The notes: generated by a model not told the origin, from the letters alone. A stretch of 64,000 nucleotides of DNA from an uncultured candidatus Porisulfidus sp. (GCA_965242985.1 OZ251520.1:142426-206425); one strand, 5' to 3'; numbered from the stretch's first letter, positions 20,527 to 30,186 are shown. Numbers and translations are program-made.

Positions 20527-21756
20527 ATGAAAATAAATCATTTATCAATTCTGGCGCGGAAGTTATCTATGCCGGCCCCGGAACAATTCCCCGCGCCGAG
20601 AAGTTCTCGCCGGCGGGCTTGCCGCGGCGCGCTGGCGCTGGCGGCGGGCCTCGCCTGCACGGCCGCGCACGCCGGGCCGCCGCCGGACGTGGTGGCGTCC
20701 ATCCGGCCGGTGCACTCGCTGCTGGCGGGCGTGATGGCCGGAGTCGCCGAACCCGGGCTGCTGCTGCGCTCCGGCGAATCGCCGCACACCTACGCGCTGC
20801 GCCCGTCCGACGCCGAGATGCTGGCGGCGGCCGCGCTGGTGGTGCGGATCGGGCCGAGCATCGAATCGTTCCTCGAGCGCCCGCTGCGCGAGTTGGCGCC
20901 GAACGCGCGGCTGCTGACGCTGGAGGAGGTTTCGGGGCTGACGCACCTGCCGGTCCGCCGCGGCGGACTGTGGGAGGAGCATGTGCATGGGGCGCATCAC
21001 GACGGGCACCACGGCGAGCATCACGATGAGCGCCATGACGCGCACGACGACCATCATGACGAGCACCGCGATGCGCACCATGACGATCATCATGACGAGC
21101 ATCATGACGAGCATCACGATGAGCACCACGGCGAACATCATGACGAGCGCCATGACGAACATGACGAGCATCATGACGAGCACCGCGGCGAGCACCGCGG
21201 CGAGCACCATGGCGCGCACCACGACGAACACGAAGATGCGGCGCTGGATTCGCACATCTGGCTGGATCCGGACAACGCCGCCGTCATGGCCCGCGCCATG
21301 GCCGAGGAACTGGCGCAGCTGGACCCGGAGCGGGCGGAGCGATACCAAGAGAACGCGGCGAAGCTCGAGGAGCGGCTGCGCGCGCTGGACGAGGAGCTGC
21401 GGGAGACGCTCGCGCCGGTGGCGGAGCGGGGGTTCCTGGTGTTCCACGACGCGTGGCAGCATCTGGACACGCGCTACGGGCTGCGCGCGGTCGGCTCGTT
21501 CCGGGTCGCGCCGGAGCGCGCGCCGGGCGCCGCCCGGCTGGAGAAGCTGCAGCGCAAGCTCGCGGAGCAGGACGTGGTCTGCGTGTTCTCCGAGCCGCAG
21601 TTCAACCCGCGCCTGATCGAGGCGATGGTCGCCGACGCCGGCGCGCGGACGGGCGTGCTGGACCCGCTGGGCGCGGGACTGCCGACCGGGCCGGAGCTGT
21701 ACTTCGGGATGATGCGGGCGAATGCGGAGACGCTGCGGGAGTGCCTGCAGGAGTGA
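20527..21756 (+). CDS. znuA: Zinc ABC transporter periplasmic binding protein ZnuA with ~85-aa His/Asp/Glu-rich loop
   Basis: Signal peptide, cluster-9 SBP fold motifs (VVASIRPVHSL, FHDAWQHL). Very long (HHDE)n loop spanning aa 152-236. The start could instead be the ATG at 20569. Confidence 0.85.
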   Translation: MKINHLSILARKLSMPAPEQFPAPRSSRRRACRGALALAAGLACTAAHAGPPPDVVASIRPVHSLLAGVMAGVAEPGLLLRSGESPHTYALRPSDAEMLAAAALVVRIGPSIESFLERPLRELAPNARLLTLEEVSGLTHLPVRRGGLWEEHVHGAHHDGHHGEHHDERHDAHDDHHDEHRDAHHDDHHDEHHDEHHDEHHGEHHDERHDEHDEHHDEHRGEHRGEHHGAHHDEHEDAALDSHIWLDPDNAAVMARAMAEELAQLDPERAERYQENAAKLEERLRALDEELRETLAPVAERGFLVFHDAWQHLDTRYGLRAVGSFRVAPERAPGAARLEKLQRKLAEQDVVCVFSEPQFNPRLIEAMVADAGARTGVLDPLGAGLPTGPELYFGMMRANAETLRECLQE

Positions 21757-22174
21757 GGCCGCGGCGCAGCCGGGCGAACGGCTGAAAGTCCGGCATATCG
21801 GAGAGGACATAGAATACGGGCGGGAAGAATGCGGACCGAAAGGAGCGCCGGCGACCGGGCATCCGGACATGGAGCGGGGACTCGCGGCGGGCGCGCAGGC
21901 CAACGACGCCGGCGCGCGGACGGGCGTGCTGGACCCGCTGGGCGCGGGACTGCCGACCGGGCCGGAGCTGTACTTCGGGATGATGCGGGCGAATGCGGAG
22001 ACGCTGCGGGAGTGCCTGCAGGAGTGAGGCCGCGGCGCAGCCGGGCGAACGGCTGAAAGTCCGGCATATCGGAGAGGACATAGAATACGGGCGGGAAGAA
22101 TGCGGACCGAAAGGAGCGCCGGCGACCGGGCATCCGGACATGGAGCGGGGACTCGCGGCGGGCGCGCAGGCCAA
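21633..22174 (+). repeat. Perfect tandem direct duplication, 2 x 271 bp (21633-21903 and 21904-22174)
   Basis: By eye the two copies are base-for-base identical. Unit = last 124 nt of znuA (including stop) + 147 bp downstream, which includes an ATG (MERGL...) in frame with the methyltransferase. Confidence 0.85.
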
Positions 22175-23072
22175 GAAGACCGTTCGGCCGCCGGGCTTGG
22201 CCGCAGCGGAGCAGGTCCCCGTCTCGGCGATTCCGGCGGTCAACGTCGCCGCCGTCCCGCAGCGCAGCCCGCTGCGGTATCCCGGCGGGAAGACGTGGCT
22301 GATCCCGCATGTCCGGGCATGGCTTGGGCGCATCCGCCCCGCGCCGCGGCTGCTGGTCGAGCCGTTCGCGGGCGGCGGCACCGTTTCGCTGACCGCGGTG
22401 ATGGAGAATCTCGCCGACCGCTGCCTGATGGCGGAACTGGATCATGACGTGGCCGCGTTCTGGCACGCGGCTTTGCGGCACGGGCCCGAGTTGTGCGAAA
22501 AAGTCCGGCGCTTCCAGCCGACGCGGGAGGCGGTCGACCGGCTTTCCCGCCGGCGCCCCGCCGGCGTCTTGGAGCATGGGTTCCGCACGTTGGTCCTCAA
22601 CCGCACGCGCCGCGGCGGGATTCTGGCGCCGGGCGCCGCGTTGAGTCGCGCCGGGGAGAACGGCAGGGGCGTCGCTTCGCGGTGGTATCCGGACACGCTC
22701 GCGAAGCGCCTGCGGGTGGTTGCCGATCATGCGGACCGGATCGATTTCCGCGAAACGGACGGCATGCGGCTCCTGGAAAGGTTGCCGGGGAATTGCGGAC
22801 GGGACACGGCGCTGTTCGTCGACCCGCCGTACACCGCCGGCGGCAAGCGCGCCGGCCGCCGGCTGTACGCGCACGCCGAACTGGATCACGCGCGGCTGTT
22901 CGGGATGCTGGCGGAAAGCGGGCTCAATTTCCTGATGACCTACGACCGCAGCGCCGAGATCCTGTCGCTGATCCGGGAGCACGGCTTCCATGCGGCCCAG
23001 GTCGTCATGAAGAACGCCCACCACGACCTGCTCCCGGAGCTGGTCATCACGCCGCGGCCGGAGTTCGCCTAA
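22140..23072 (+). CDS. DNA N6-adenine methyltransferase, Dam/D12-class (orphan)
   Basis: N-terminal PLRYPGGKTWL aligns to Dam FLKWAGGKY. DPPY motif IV (FVDPPYTAGG). The ATG at 22140 lies inside the duplicated unit. A TTG near 22192 is an alternative start. Confidence 0.7.
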   Translation: MERGLAAGAQAKKTVRPPGLAAAEQVPVSAIPAVNVAAVPQRSPLRYPGGKTWLIPHVRAWLGRIRPAPRLLVEPFAGGGTVSLTAVMENLADRCLMAELDHDVAAFWHAALRHGPELCEKVRRFQPTREAVDRLSRRRPAGVLEHGFRTLVLNRTRRGGILAPGAALSRAGENGRGVASRWYPDTLAKRLRVVADHADRIDFRETDGMRLLERLPGNCGRDTALFVDPPYTAGGKRAGRRLYAHAELDHARLFGMLAESGLNFLMTYDRSAEILSLIREHGFHAAQVVMKNAHHDLLPELVITPRPEFA

Positions 23073-23127
23073 GCGCACCCGCTTGGCGGCGGGCCATGCG
23101 CCGGCGGGCGGCCGCCGGCTCCTCCGT

Positions 23128-24189
23128 TCAGCCGGCCTCTTCCTGGTCCTCCGCCGGAAACGCCACCAGATGCTCCAGGTCGAGGCGCGCGCCGGTGCGC
23201 GCGCCGACCTCCAGGTCGACGTGGCTCGGCGCCGCCGCCAGCACCTCGGCGCCGGATTCGAGCCGCAGCGTGTACAGCGTGCTGGTGCCTTGGAAGGCCT
23301 TGGCGGTCACCGCGGCCCCGACCGGGCCGTCGGCGTCGATCATCACGTCGTCCGGGCGCAGCAGGATGTCCATGCGCGTGCCGAGCGGGTGCGAGTGGGA
23401 GCGCGGGCCGCGGATCTCGCCGAGCTCGGTGTCGAGCGCGTCATGCGCGCGCAGGACGCCGCGCAGGAACGCGCCCCGCCCGACCGACATCGCCACCTGC
23501 CGCGACACCGGCCGGTGGTAGAGGTGGAACGGCGCGTCCCACTGCAGCAGTTTCCCGTCCGCCATCACCCCGACCCGGTCGGACATGGCGAACGCCTCGT
23601 CCAGGCTGTGCGTCACCATCACCATGGTGGCGCCGCAGCCGCGCAGCAGGTCGCGCACCTCCGCGCTCAGGCGCTCGCGCAGGTCGCCGTCGAGCCCGGA
23701 GAACGGCTCGTCGAGCAGCAGCAGCTTCGGGTCCGGCGCCAGCGCCCGGGCGAGCGCCACCCGCTCCTGCTGGCCGCCGGAGAGCTCGTGCGGATAGCGC
23801 GCCCCGCAGCCCGGCAGGCCCACCGTCTCCAGCAGCCGGGCCACGGTGCGGGCGCGCTCGGCGGCCGGGCGGCGGCGGATGCCGAGCTCGATGTTCCCGG
23901 CGGCGGTCAGGTGCGGGAACAGCGCCCGGTCCTGGAACACCATGCCGGTGCGGCGCTTCTCCGGCGCCACGGTGCGCCGCGCGGTCGACACCGCCGCGCC
24001 GTCCATGCGGATCTCGCCGGCGCGCAGCGGCTCGAAGCCCATCACCGCGCGCAGCAGGGTGGTCTTGCCGCAGCCGGACGGCCCGAGCAGCGCGGCGAGC
24101 TGGCCCGGCTCGACCCGGAACGACAGGTCCTCGACGACCGTGTCGCCGCCGTAGCCGCAGCACGCGCGGTCGACTTCAAGCAGCACCAT
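23128..24189 (-). CDS. fbpC: ABC transporter ATP-binding protein, Fe(3+)/spermidine-type (FbpC/PotA-like, with TOBE domain)
   Basis: Walker A GPSGCGKTT, signature LSGGQQERVALARAL, Walker B LLLDEPFSGLD, C-terminal TOBE-like domain. Confidence 0.8.
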   Translation of the reverse strand: MVLLEVDRACCGYGGDTVVEDLSFRVEPGQLAALLGPSGCGKTTLLRAVMGFEPLRAGEIRMDGAAVSTARRTVAPEKRRTGMVFQDRALFPHLTAAGNIELGIRRRPAAERARTVARLLETVGLPGCGARYPHELSGGQQERVALARALAPDPKLLLLDEPFSGLDGDLRERLSAEVRDLLRGCGATMVMVTHSLDEAFAMSDRVGVMADGKLLQWDAPFHLYHRPVSRQVAMSVGRGAFLRGVLRAHDALDTELGEIRGPRSHSHPLGTRMDILLRPDDVMIDADGPVGAAVTAKAFQGTSTLYTLRLESGAEVLAAAPSHVDLEVGARTGARLDLEHLVAFPAEDQEEAG

Positions 24190-25810
24190 GGCGCAGCCCC
24201 CTCCGTTCCGGCCGGCGCGCGTTCAGCAGCAGCACCGGCAGCAGGCCCGCCGCCACCAGCGCCACCGCCGGCAGCGCGGCGCGCTCCCACAGGCCCTCGG
24301 CGGTGAGGCCGTAGACGCGCACCGCCAGCGTGTCCCAGCCGAGCGGGCGCAGCAGCAGGGTGGCGGGCATCTCCTTCATCACGTCGACCAGCACCAAGAG
24401 CGCCGCGGTCAGCAGCCCCGGGCGCAGCAGCGGCAGGTAGATGCGCCGGAACAGCGCGAAGCCCGACAGGCCGAGCGCCTGCGCCGCCTCGCGCGCGCCG
24501 GCGCGCAGCTGCTCGAACGCGGCGTCGACCGGGCCGTAGGCCAGCGCCAGGAAGCGCGCGAAGTACGCCAGCACCAGGCCGGACGCGCCGCCGACCAGGC
24601 CCCAGCGCAGCGTCTCGCCGCTCCACCACAGCCAGCCGGCCGCCAGCTGCCGGTCGACCCAGCTGAGCGACAGCATCACCGCCACCGCCAGCACCGAGCC
24701 GGGGATCGCGTAGCCGAGCGTGCCGACGCGGGCCGCGGCGCGGGACAGGCGGCCCGGGCGGTGGCGCACCGCCGCCGCCAGCAGCACGGCGCCGAGCACG
24801 GTGGCGAGCGCGGCGGCCGCGCCGAGGCCGAGCGTGTTGCCGAGCAGGTCCAGGTAGCGGGCGTCGAGGTCGGCGCGGCTGTCCCAGGCCCAGGCCAGCA
24901 GCTGCGCGAGCGGCAGCAGGAACGCCAGCAGCAGCACCAGGGCGCAGCAGCCGCAAGCGGCGGCGGCGTGGCCGCCGCGCAGCCGCCGGCGGCGGGCGGG
25001 GCGGCCGCCCTCCGCGTAGCGCGCGCGCGCGCGGCTGTAGCGCTCGAGCGTCAGCAGCGCCAGCGCGAACAGCAGCAGCAGCGAGGCCAGCTGGCTGGCG
25101 GCGTGCAGGTCGAACATGCCGAACCAGGCCTTGTAGATGGCGGTGGTGAAAGTGTCGAAGTTGAACACCGCCACCGCGCCGAAGTCGGCCAGCGCCTCCA
25201 GCACCGCAAGGCTGACGCCGGCGGCCACCGCCGGGCGCGCCAGCGGCAGGGCGGCGCGGAAGAACGCGCCGGCGGCGGACATGCCGAGGGTGCGCGCCGC
25301 CTCGAAGGCGGTCTGGCCCTGGCCCAAGAAGGCGACGCGCGCGAGCAGGTAGACGTAGGGGTACAGCACCAGCGTCATCACCGCCAGCACGCCGGCGGGC
25401 CCGCGCGCCTCGACGCCGAAGCCGGGCGGCAGCCCGAGCCAGCGCCGCGCCAGCTCCTGCGCCGGGCCCTGGAAGTCGAGCAGGCCGAGGAACACGAACG
25501 CCATCACGTACGTGGGCAGCGCGAACGGCAGCATCAGCGCCCAGTTGAAGACGCTCCGCCCGGGGAAGTCGTAGGCGCTGACCAGCCAGGCGAGGGCGAC
25601 GCCGAGCAGCGCGGTGCCGGCGGCGACGCCGAGCATCAGCAGCAGGGTGTTGGCGAGCAGCCGGCCGAGCACGGTGCCGGCCAGGTGGCTCCAGACCTCC
25701 CCGGCCGGGGCGGCCCAGCCGGAGAAGATCACCAGTAGCGGCAGCAGCACGCCGCCGGCCAGCAACAGGCTGCCGGCGCGCAGGGCCCGGCCCGGGAGAG
25801 TCGCGGTCAC
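24176..25810 (-). CDS. fbpB: Iron(III) ABC transporter permease, fused two-domain (FbpB-like)
   Basis: ~544 aa multi-TM protein. GTG start at 25810 chosen so that the Arg-rich non-membrane upstream read-through is excluded. Sits 41 nt downstream of the fbpA stop. Confidence 0.7.
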   Translation of the reverse strand: MTATLPGRALRAGSLLLAGGVLLPLLVIFSGWAAPAGEVWSHLAGTVLGRLLANTLLLMLGVAAGTALLGVALAWLVSAYDFPGRSVFNWALMLPFALPTYVMAFVFLGLLDFQGPAQELARRWLGLPPGFGVEARGPAGVLAVMTLVLYPYVYLLARVAFLGQGQTAFEAARTLGMSAAGAFFRAALPLARPAVAAGVSLAVLEALADFGAVAVFNFDTFTTAIYKAWFGMFDLHAASQLASLLLLFALALLTLERYSRARARYAEGGRPARRRRLRGGHAAAACGCCALVLLLAFLLPLAQLLAWAWDSRADLDARYLDLLGNTLGLGAAAALATVLGAVLLAAAVRHRPGRLSRAAARVGTLGYAIPGSVLAVAVMLSLSWVDRQLAAGWLWWSGETLRWGLVGGASGLVLAYFARFLALAYGPVDAAFEQLRAGAREAAQALGLSGFALFRRIYLPLLRPGLLTAALLVLVDVMKEMPATLLLRPLGWDTLAVRVYGLTAEGLWERAALPAVALVAAGLLPVLLLNARRPERRGLRHGAA

Positions 25811-25851
25811 CGCGCCGAGTATACGCCGGGCGCCGCGCGGCGGCGGCCGCG

Positions 25852-26871
25852 CTAGCGGTAGCCGGCGCGGTCCATGAGGCGGACCGCGGCGGCCTGCAGC
25901 CGGCCCGCCTCGCTCAGGTTGACGGCGTCGCCGCGGAATTCGCCCCAGGCCGCGACGGCCGGGGCGGGGGGGAGGTCCTCCCGGACCGGGTACTCCAGGT
26001 TCAGGGACGCGAACAGGCCCTGGGCCGCGGGCGCGACCAGCCACTCCAGGAATTTCCGCGCCGCCGCCGGATGGCGCGCGCGGGTCGTCACCCCGGCGCC
26101 GGACACGTTCACGTGCACGCCCTGCGCGTCCTGGTTCGGCCAGAACAGCGCCAAGTCGAGGCCGGGCTCCTTGCGCATCAGCCGGCCGTAGTAGTAAGTG
26201 TTCACGATCGCCGCGTCGCAGCGCCCGGCGGCCACCGCCTGCAGCGTCTTGGTGTCGTTGCCGAACGGGTCGGCGGCGAGGTTGGCGACCCAGCCCGCGA
26301 CGATCTTCTCGGCTGCTTCTTCGCCGTGGTGCGCGATCAGGACGGCGACCAGCGACTGGTTGTAGACTTTCTTCGAGGTGCGCAGGCACAGCCGGCCTCG
26401 CCACTTCGGGTCGGCCAGGTCCTCGTAGGCGGACAGCTCGCCGGGGCCGGTGCGCGTCGGGTTGTAGGCGATGGTGCGGGCGCGCTTGGACAGGCCGAAC
26501 CAGCGGTTGCCGGGGTCGCGCAGCGCGGCCGGGACGGCGCGGGTCAGGACCTCCGACTCGAGCGGCGCCAGCAGGCCGCGCTCGGCGGCGTGCCAGAGAT
26601 TGCCGGCGTCGACGGTCAGCAGCAGGTCGACGGAACTGTTGCCGTTGCCCGCGGCCAGGCGCTCGAGCAGCGGGCCGGGCTTGCCGGTGAGCAGCTCGAA
26701 CCGCACCCCGGTTTCCCGGGTGTAGGCCTCCAGAATGGGCTCGATCAGGTGGGCCTTGCGGGCGGAGTAGATGGTCAGCGTGACTGGCTCGTCCGCATGG
26801 CCGTCGGCGGGCGCGGCGGCGGGGAAAACAGCCGACAGGGCAAGGAAAACAGCGGGAAGCCGGCGGTGCAT
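25852..26871 (-). CDS. fbpA: Fe(3+) ABC transporter periplasmic substrate-binding protein (FbpA/AfuA-like)
   Basis: Signal peptide MHRRLPAVFLALSAVFPAAAPA. SBP_bac_1-type sequence with the Tyr-Tyr pair (NTYYYG). Confidence 0.8.
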   Translation of the reverse strand: MHRRLPAVFLALSAVFPAAAPADGHADEPVTLTIYSARKAHLIEPILEAYTRETGVRFELLTGKPGPLLERLAAGNGNSSVDLLLTVDAGNLWHAAERGLLAPLESEVLTRAVPAALRDPGNRWFGLSKRARTIAYNPTRTGPGELSAYEDLADPKWRGRLCLRTSKKVYNQSLVAVLIAHHGEEAAEKIVAGWVANLAADPFGNDTKTLQAVAAGRCDAAIVNTYYYGRLMRKEPGLDLALFWPNQDAQGVHVNVSGAGVTTRARHPAAARKFLEWLVAPAAQGLFASLNLEYPVREDLPPAPAVAAWGEFRGDAVNLSEAGRLQAAAVRLMDRAGYR

Positions 26872-26884
26872 GGGCGCAACTGGT

Positions 26885-26908
26885 AATGAGAATGGCTATT
26901 ATTCACAT
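26885..26908. promoter_or_regulatory. Candidate Fur box upstream of fbpA (AATGAGAATGGCTATTATTCACAT)
   Basis: AT-rich hexamer repeats (AATGAG AATGGC TATTAT TCACAT) resembling GATAATGATAATCATTATC, located 15-40 nt upstream of the fbpA start codon. Confidence 0.4.
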
Positions 26909-27680
26909 AAGCAGATGGGTGTCAAGGACTATGTTCCTGATAAAAAAGTGGGCTGGGCGGGCGCGTTTTGTGCCCAAAAGATTCCAGACAAGAATCGGCG
27001 GGTGGCTATGGGAATAACCGGACTTGGGACATGGAGCGGATTGAAACATGAACCCTTTGGTGCTGGAGAAGTATAGCGAGGTCATGGCGCACATTCACCC
27101 TGAGGATATCAAGCGGGAAAAGCAGCTGCGACCCGCGCTGTACTGTGTTGGGTGTCTGGTTCCGGCTGCTCCGTCGCTCATTGCCAAGGGGAGGGGCGGC
27201 CTCGTGTTTCCGGCCAGTGGAAAGAGGTCTTCGTGCACAGTTGCTTCTGGCGCCCGTGTCGCTGCAAACACGGCTCTTGGCGGTCGCAGCCAAATCGGGA
27301 TTGCCCCCTCCCCCGAAGTTGGCGGCTAAAAAGCGAGATACGCGGGGCTAGCGCAAGCTCATCGTGCTCGGCTGGTAGTCGCTGGTGGTCTGGAAGCGCG
27401 AGATGCGCAAAGAGTAAGGTCTTGGCTAAGGCGGTGCGGCCTCTCCGAGATGGCGAGGAGTGTCTCGCGGCAGGCGATCTCTCAGGTAAATTTACAAGAG
27501 CCTGCGAACGGATAGTTCTGGAACTGGAAAATTTTGGAGTAGCGAATTATAGATTCAGGGTATAGCTCAAGTTTTGTCCAATGCGTTGCCGCTCGTGTTG
27601 GACCATCGGCAATCTCCGAACCCGCTAAGCTATTAGTTTGCCGAGAGAAATTGGGGAAGCCTTGTACTCATCCGATTGGC

Positions 27681-28904
27681 TTATCGTTTTACTAGCAGCG
27701 CAATATCCCGTCCAAGACGTTCGGCTGTATCGAGGTTTAGCGTGAATCCTTGGTAACCCCATAGTGAAAATAAAACTAGTGTGATTTGAGGAGATTCTTG
27801 TTTTTTTTCGGGGCGGACTACGTTAAGTTTCCAGTGGTTGACAGGCGAAAAGTTAACGGAAAGAGTAGCATTTTCTCCAAAAAGGAGATTATCGACTCGT
27901 TGTTTTACCTCTCTATCGGAAATTACATTCGCATCGGTTCCAATACAGGGCTGTAACGTTTTAAGTGAATCAGTAATTTCGGCAGCCACGAAGAATTCTC
28001 GAGAACAACGCGCGATTGCTTCGCGCAAATTATAGGGCAAGATACGTGGTTTTTGTAGAGCACCGACAAGAACATTACTAGAATTAAGTGGAAGATAGAT
28101 CGCAGTTAAATCATCATTGGGAGTGAGGTGATTTTTGTAGCAAGGTTGTCCAGCAACACGGAAGAGGACGATAGAATCTCCTAAAACCATAGGTAGATCT
28201 GCTGTAGGCAGAACTGCGTACGATAGATTCGCATATTTTTCTGCCCCTTCTTTTTGTGCGGTAGGATTGTCTAGCGATTGTAGGTGCCGAAGTTTAATTT
28301 CCTCACGGATAAATTCATCAAGCCATGATTTCCAATCGGCGAAAGTTTTTGTAGTTGCTCTCTGGTCGATAGCACCAGAACCAAAACGATGTATTAACAT
28401 ACGCATAGGCTCTTCCGATTCACTGGGCCACCTAGATGTTTGTAGTTCCGCTGCAATCATATTTCGGAGGGCTGCCGAATTACTACGCCCAAACTGCTTT
28501 ATCCACGCCTTGCGATTGCTCTCATTTGATAGGTATTCCATACATTTGTTGACAAGGATTCCCGTCGTATGCAGCAAAGTTTCTCTCAGGCATCTTGTCC
28601 GCATTTCGAAGTGAAAAAGCATCCTAGGTAAGAGATGGTTCGACAAAGCCGATTGCTTTCCGCGTTTAATTTGATCAAGTAACTTAGCAAAGTCAGCCTC
28701 CATTCGGGTTATGTTGGCGTCAACGTCAGAGATATTGCTATGTGAGTAAAAATGGTGTTGGACTCCAACATTTATTATATTGGTTTTGTACGGTTCTCCG
28801 TCATTCCGGAATACTTTGCAAGTAAAGCTATCTCTGCCATCCGACGGGATGGCAAATCCCCTTAAGACAAACTGAGGAATCGTGTGTTGTCGTTTTCCGC
28901 TCAT
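27681..28904 (-). CDS. DUF4238-like protein, paralog 1 (407 aa), low-GC island
   Basis: N-terminus MSGKRQHTIPQFVLRGF matches the DUF4238 hallmark (K.HH.PQFYL..F). Internal IINVG..FYSH and LPRM..HFE.R motifs and C-terminal WGYQGF are shared with paralog 2. ATG overlaps the stop of paralog 2 (ATGA). Local GC ~42-45%. Confidence 0.75.
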   Translation of the reverse strand: MSGKRQHTIPQFVLRGFAIPSDGRDSFTCKVFRNDGEPYKTNIINVGVQHHFYSHSNISDVDANITRMEADFAKLLDQIKRGKQSALSNHLLPRMLFHFEMRTRCLRETLLHTTGILVNKCMEYLSNESNRKAWIKQFGRSNSAALRNMIAAELQTSRWPSESEEPMRMLIHRFGSGAIDQRATTKTFADWKSWLDEFIREEIKLRHLQSLDNPTAQKEGAEKYANLSYAVLPTADLPMVLGDSIVLFRVAGQPCYKNHLTPNDDLTAIYLPLNSSNVLVGALQKPRILPYNLREAIARCSREFFVAAEITDSLKTLQPCIGTDANVISDREVKQRVDNLLFGENATLSVNFSPVNHWKLNVVRPEKKQESPQITLVLFSLWGYQGFTLNLDTAERLGRDIALLVKR

Positions 28905-30133
28905 GTTATTTTGTGCTTTTGGCGGATTTCTTGGCTCAGGCCCAGAAGTGTTTGCGAAAGATTTTCTGCCATCTTTCTGTCCAAAATAAATCCTTGATAA
29001 CCCCACATTGTTTCCAGTGCTAGCAATATGGCAGGAATTCCATTTTTTTCTTTAATTTCTCCTATATAGGAATAAACAGGAGTAGGGGTTATTTCACGAT
29101 AGAGCCTCTTCTCGAATAGGGGTTCATCAATAAACTTCTTTTTTTCTTCTTTCGTAAATAAGTTGGAGTTGGCGCCAATTTTTCCTTGTAGTTTTTGATT
29201 TGTCTCAGTATTTTCGGAAGCAATAAAGTATTCGAGGGAACATTGAGCAACAATTTTAAGAAAATCGTCGGGTATCACCCTTTCCCGTTGGTGGGCTCCA
29301 ACTAGCACAGATTCGCTGTCAATTGGGAGGTAAACGGCGATTAGTTCATCGTCTGTGTCAAGAATAGTCTTGTATTGTTCTTCCGAGTTTACATGAAAGA
29401 GGAGAGGAAAATCCCCCAAAATCATACCATCATGTTTTTTTACTATGCTGTAGATTAGATGTTCATACTTTCTTGCTCGTGTTTTGGATGCAGGTGAGGA
29501 CTGTATTGACTTGATGTGACTAGACTGCGTAGTTTCTTCTCTCGCCGTTGTATGCTCGTGGATAAAGTTGCGGATGCTTTCGGGAAAACCCTCTGGGAGA
29601 TGTTGTCGCTGGTCGATTAGATTTGGACCCAACATTAGAAATGGCGTAAGCATTTCTTGGGGCAAGTTGTTTCCTTTCAAAGTTGCTTGAATGCCCTCTT
29701 GGACAAGGGGGGAATTGCGGCAAACCAAATCTTTCAGTTTGTTGGCAAGGCTTTCACCGTCGCCTATAAAATCGAGTATATTTGACATGAAAATTTCGTA
29801 TCCTTGTGAAAGATGATCTCTAAGATGTTTTGACCGAATTTCAAAGTGGGCAATCATTCTGGGAAGGCTGGGGCTTGATAAGGCTGTTTCTTGTCTAGCC
29901 CTGATTCCGTCAAGAAGATCTGCAAATATTGGTTCAATTTCAGTTATAGCATTATCGGCATCTAAATCATCATGCGTGTAGAAGTTACTTTCGGCACCAA
30001 CATTAATAATGTCGGCGTGAAATGGCTCTTTGTCACGTTGAAATACCCACGTGTGCTTCCTATTTTTGTGGGACGAAGAAACAAACCCTTCCAATAAGAA
30101 TCGGGGATTTATGTGGTGTCGTTTGCCAGACAT
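28901..30133 (-). CDS. DUF4238-like protein, paralog 2 (410 aa), low-GC island
   Basis: MSGKRHHINPRFLLEGF N-terminus. IINVGAESNFYTH, LPRMIAHFEIRSKHLRD and WGYQGF motifs are collinear with paralog 1 (roughly 30% identity by eye). Confidence 0.75.
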   Translation of the reverse strand: MSGKRHHINPRFLLEGFVSSSHKNRKHTWVFQRDKEPFHADIINVGAESNFYTHDDLDADNAITEIEPIFADLLDGIRARQETALSSPSLPRMIAHFEIRSKHLRDHLSQGYEIFMSNILDFIGDGESLANKLKDLVCRNSPLVQEGIQATLKGNNLPQEMLTPFLMLGPNLIDQRQHLPEGFPESIRNFIHEHTTAREETTQSSHIKSIQSSPASKTRARKYEHLIYSIVKKHDGMILGDFPLLFHVNSEEQYKTILDTDDELIAVYLPIDSESVLVGAHQRERVIPDDFLKIVAQCSLEYFIASENTETNQKLQGKIGANSNLFTKEEKKKFIDEPLFEKRLYREITPTPVYSYIGEIKEKNGIPAILLALETMWGYQGFILDRKMAENLSQTLLGLSQEIRQKHKIT

Positions 30134-30186
30134 ATGGGGGATTATAGCGGTTAGCTGGCAAAGATGGAACCGCTTATTCCACTTTT

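Noticed and set aside
24176-26404. 742-aa version of the fbpB permease
   Set aside because: The N-terminal ~200 codons are Arg/Pro/Gly-rich and overlap fbpA on the same strand in another frame. Membrane-protein-like sequence begins at the GTG at 25810.
27048-27329. 93-codon ORF MNPLVLEKYSEVMAHIHPEDIKREKQL... at the left side of the low-GC island
   Set aside because: Only the first ~35 residues look protein-like. The rest is low-information read-through. It is treated as pseudogene debris rather than a gene.
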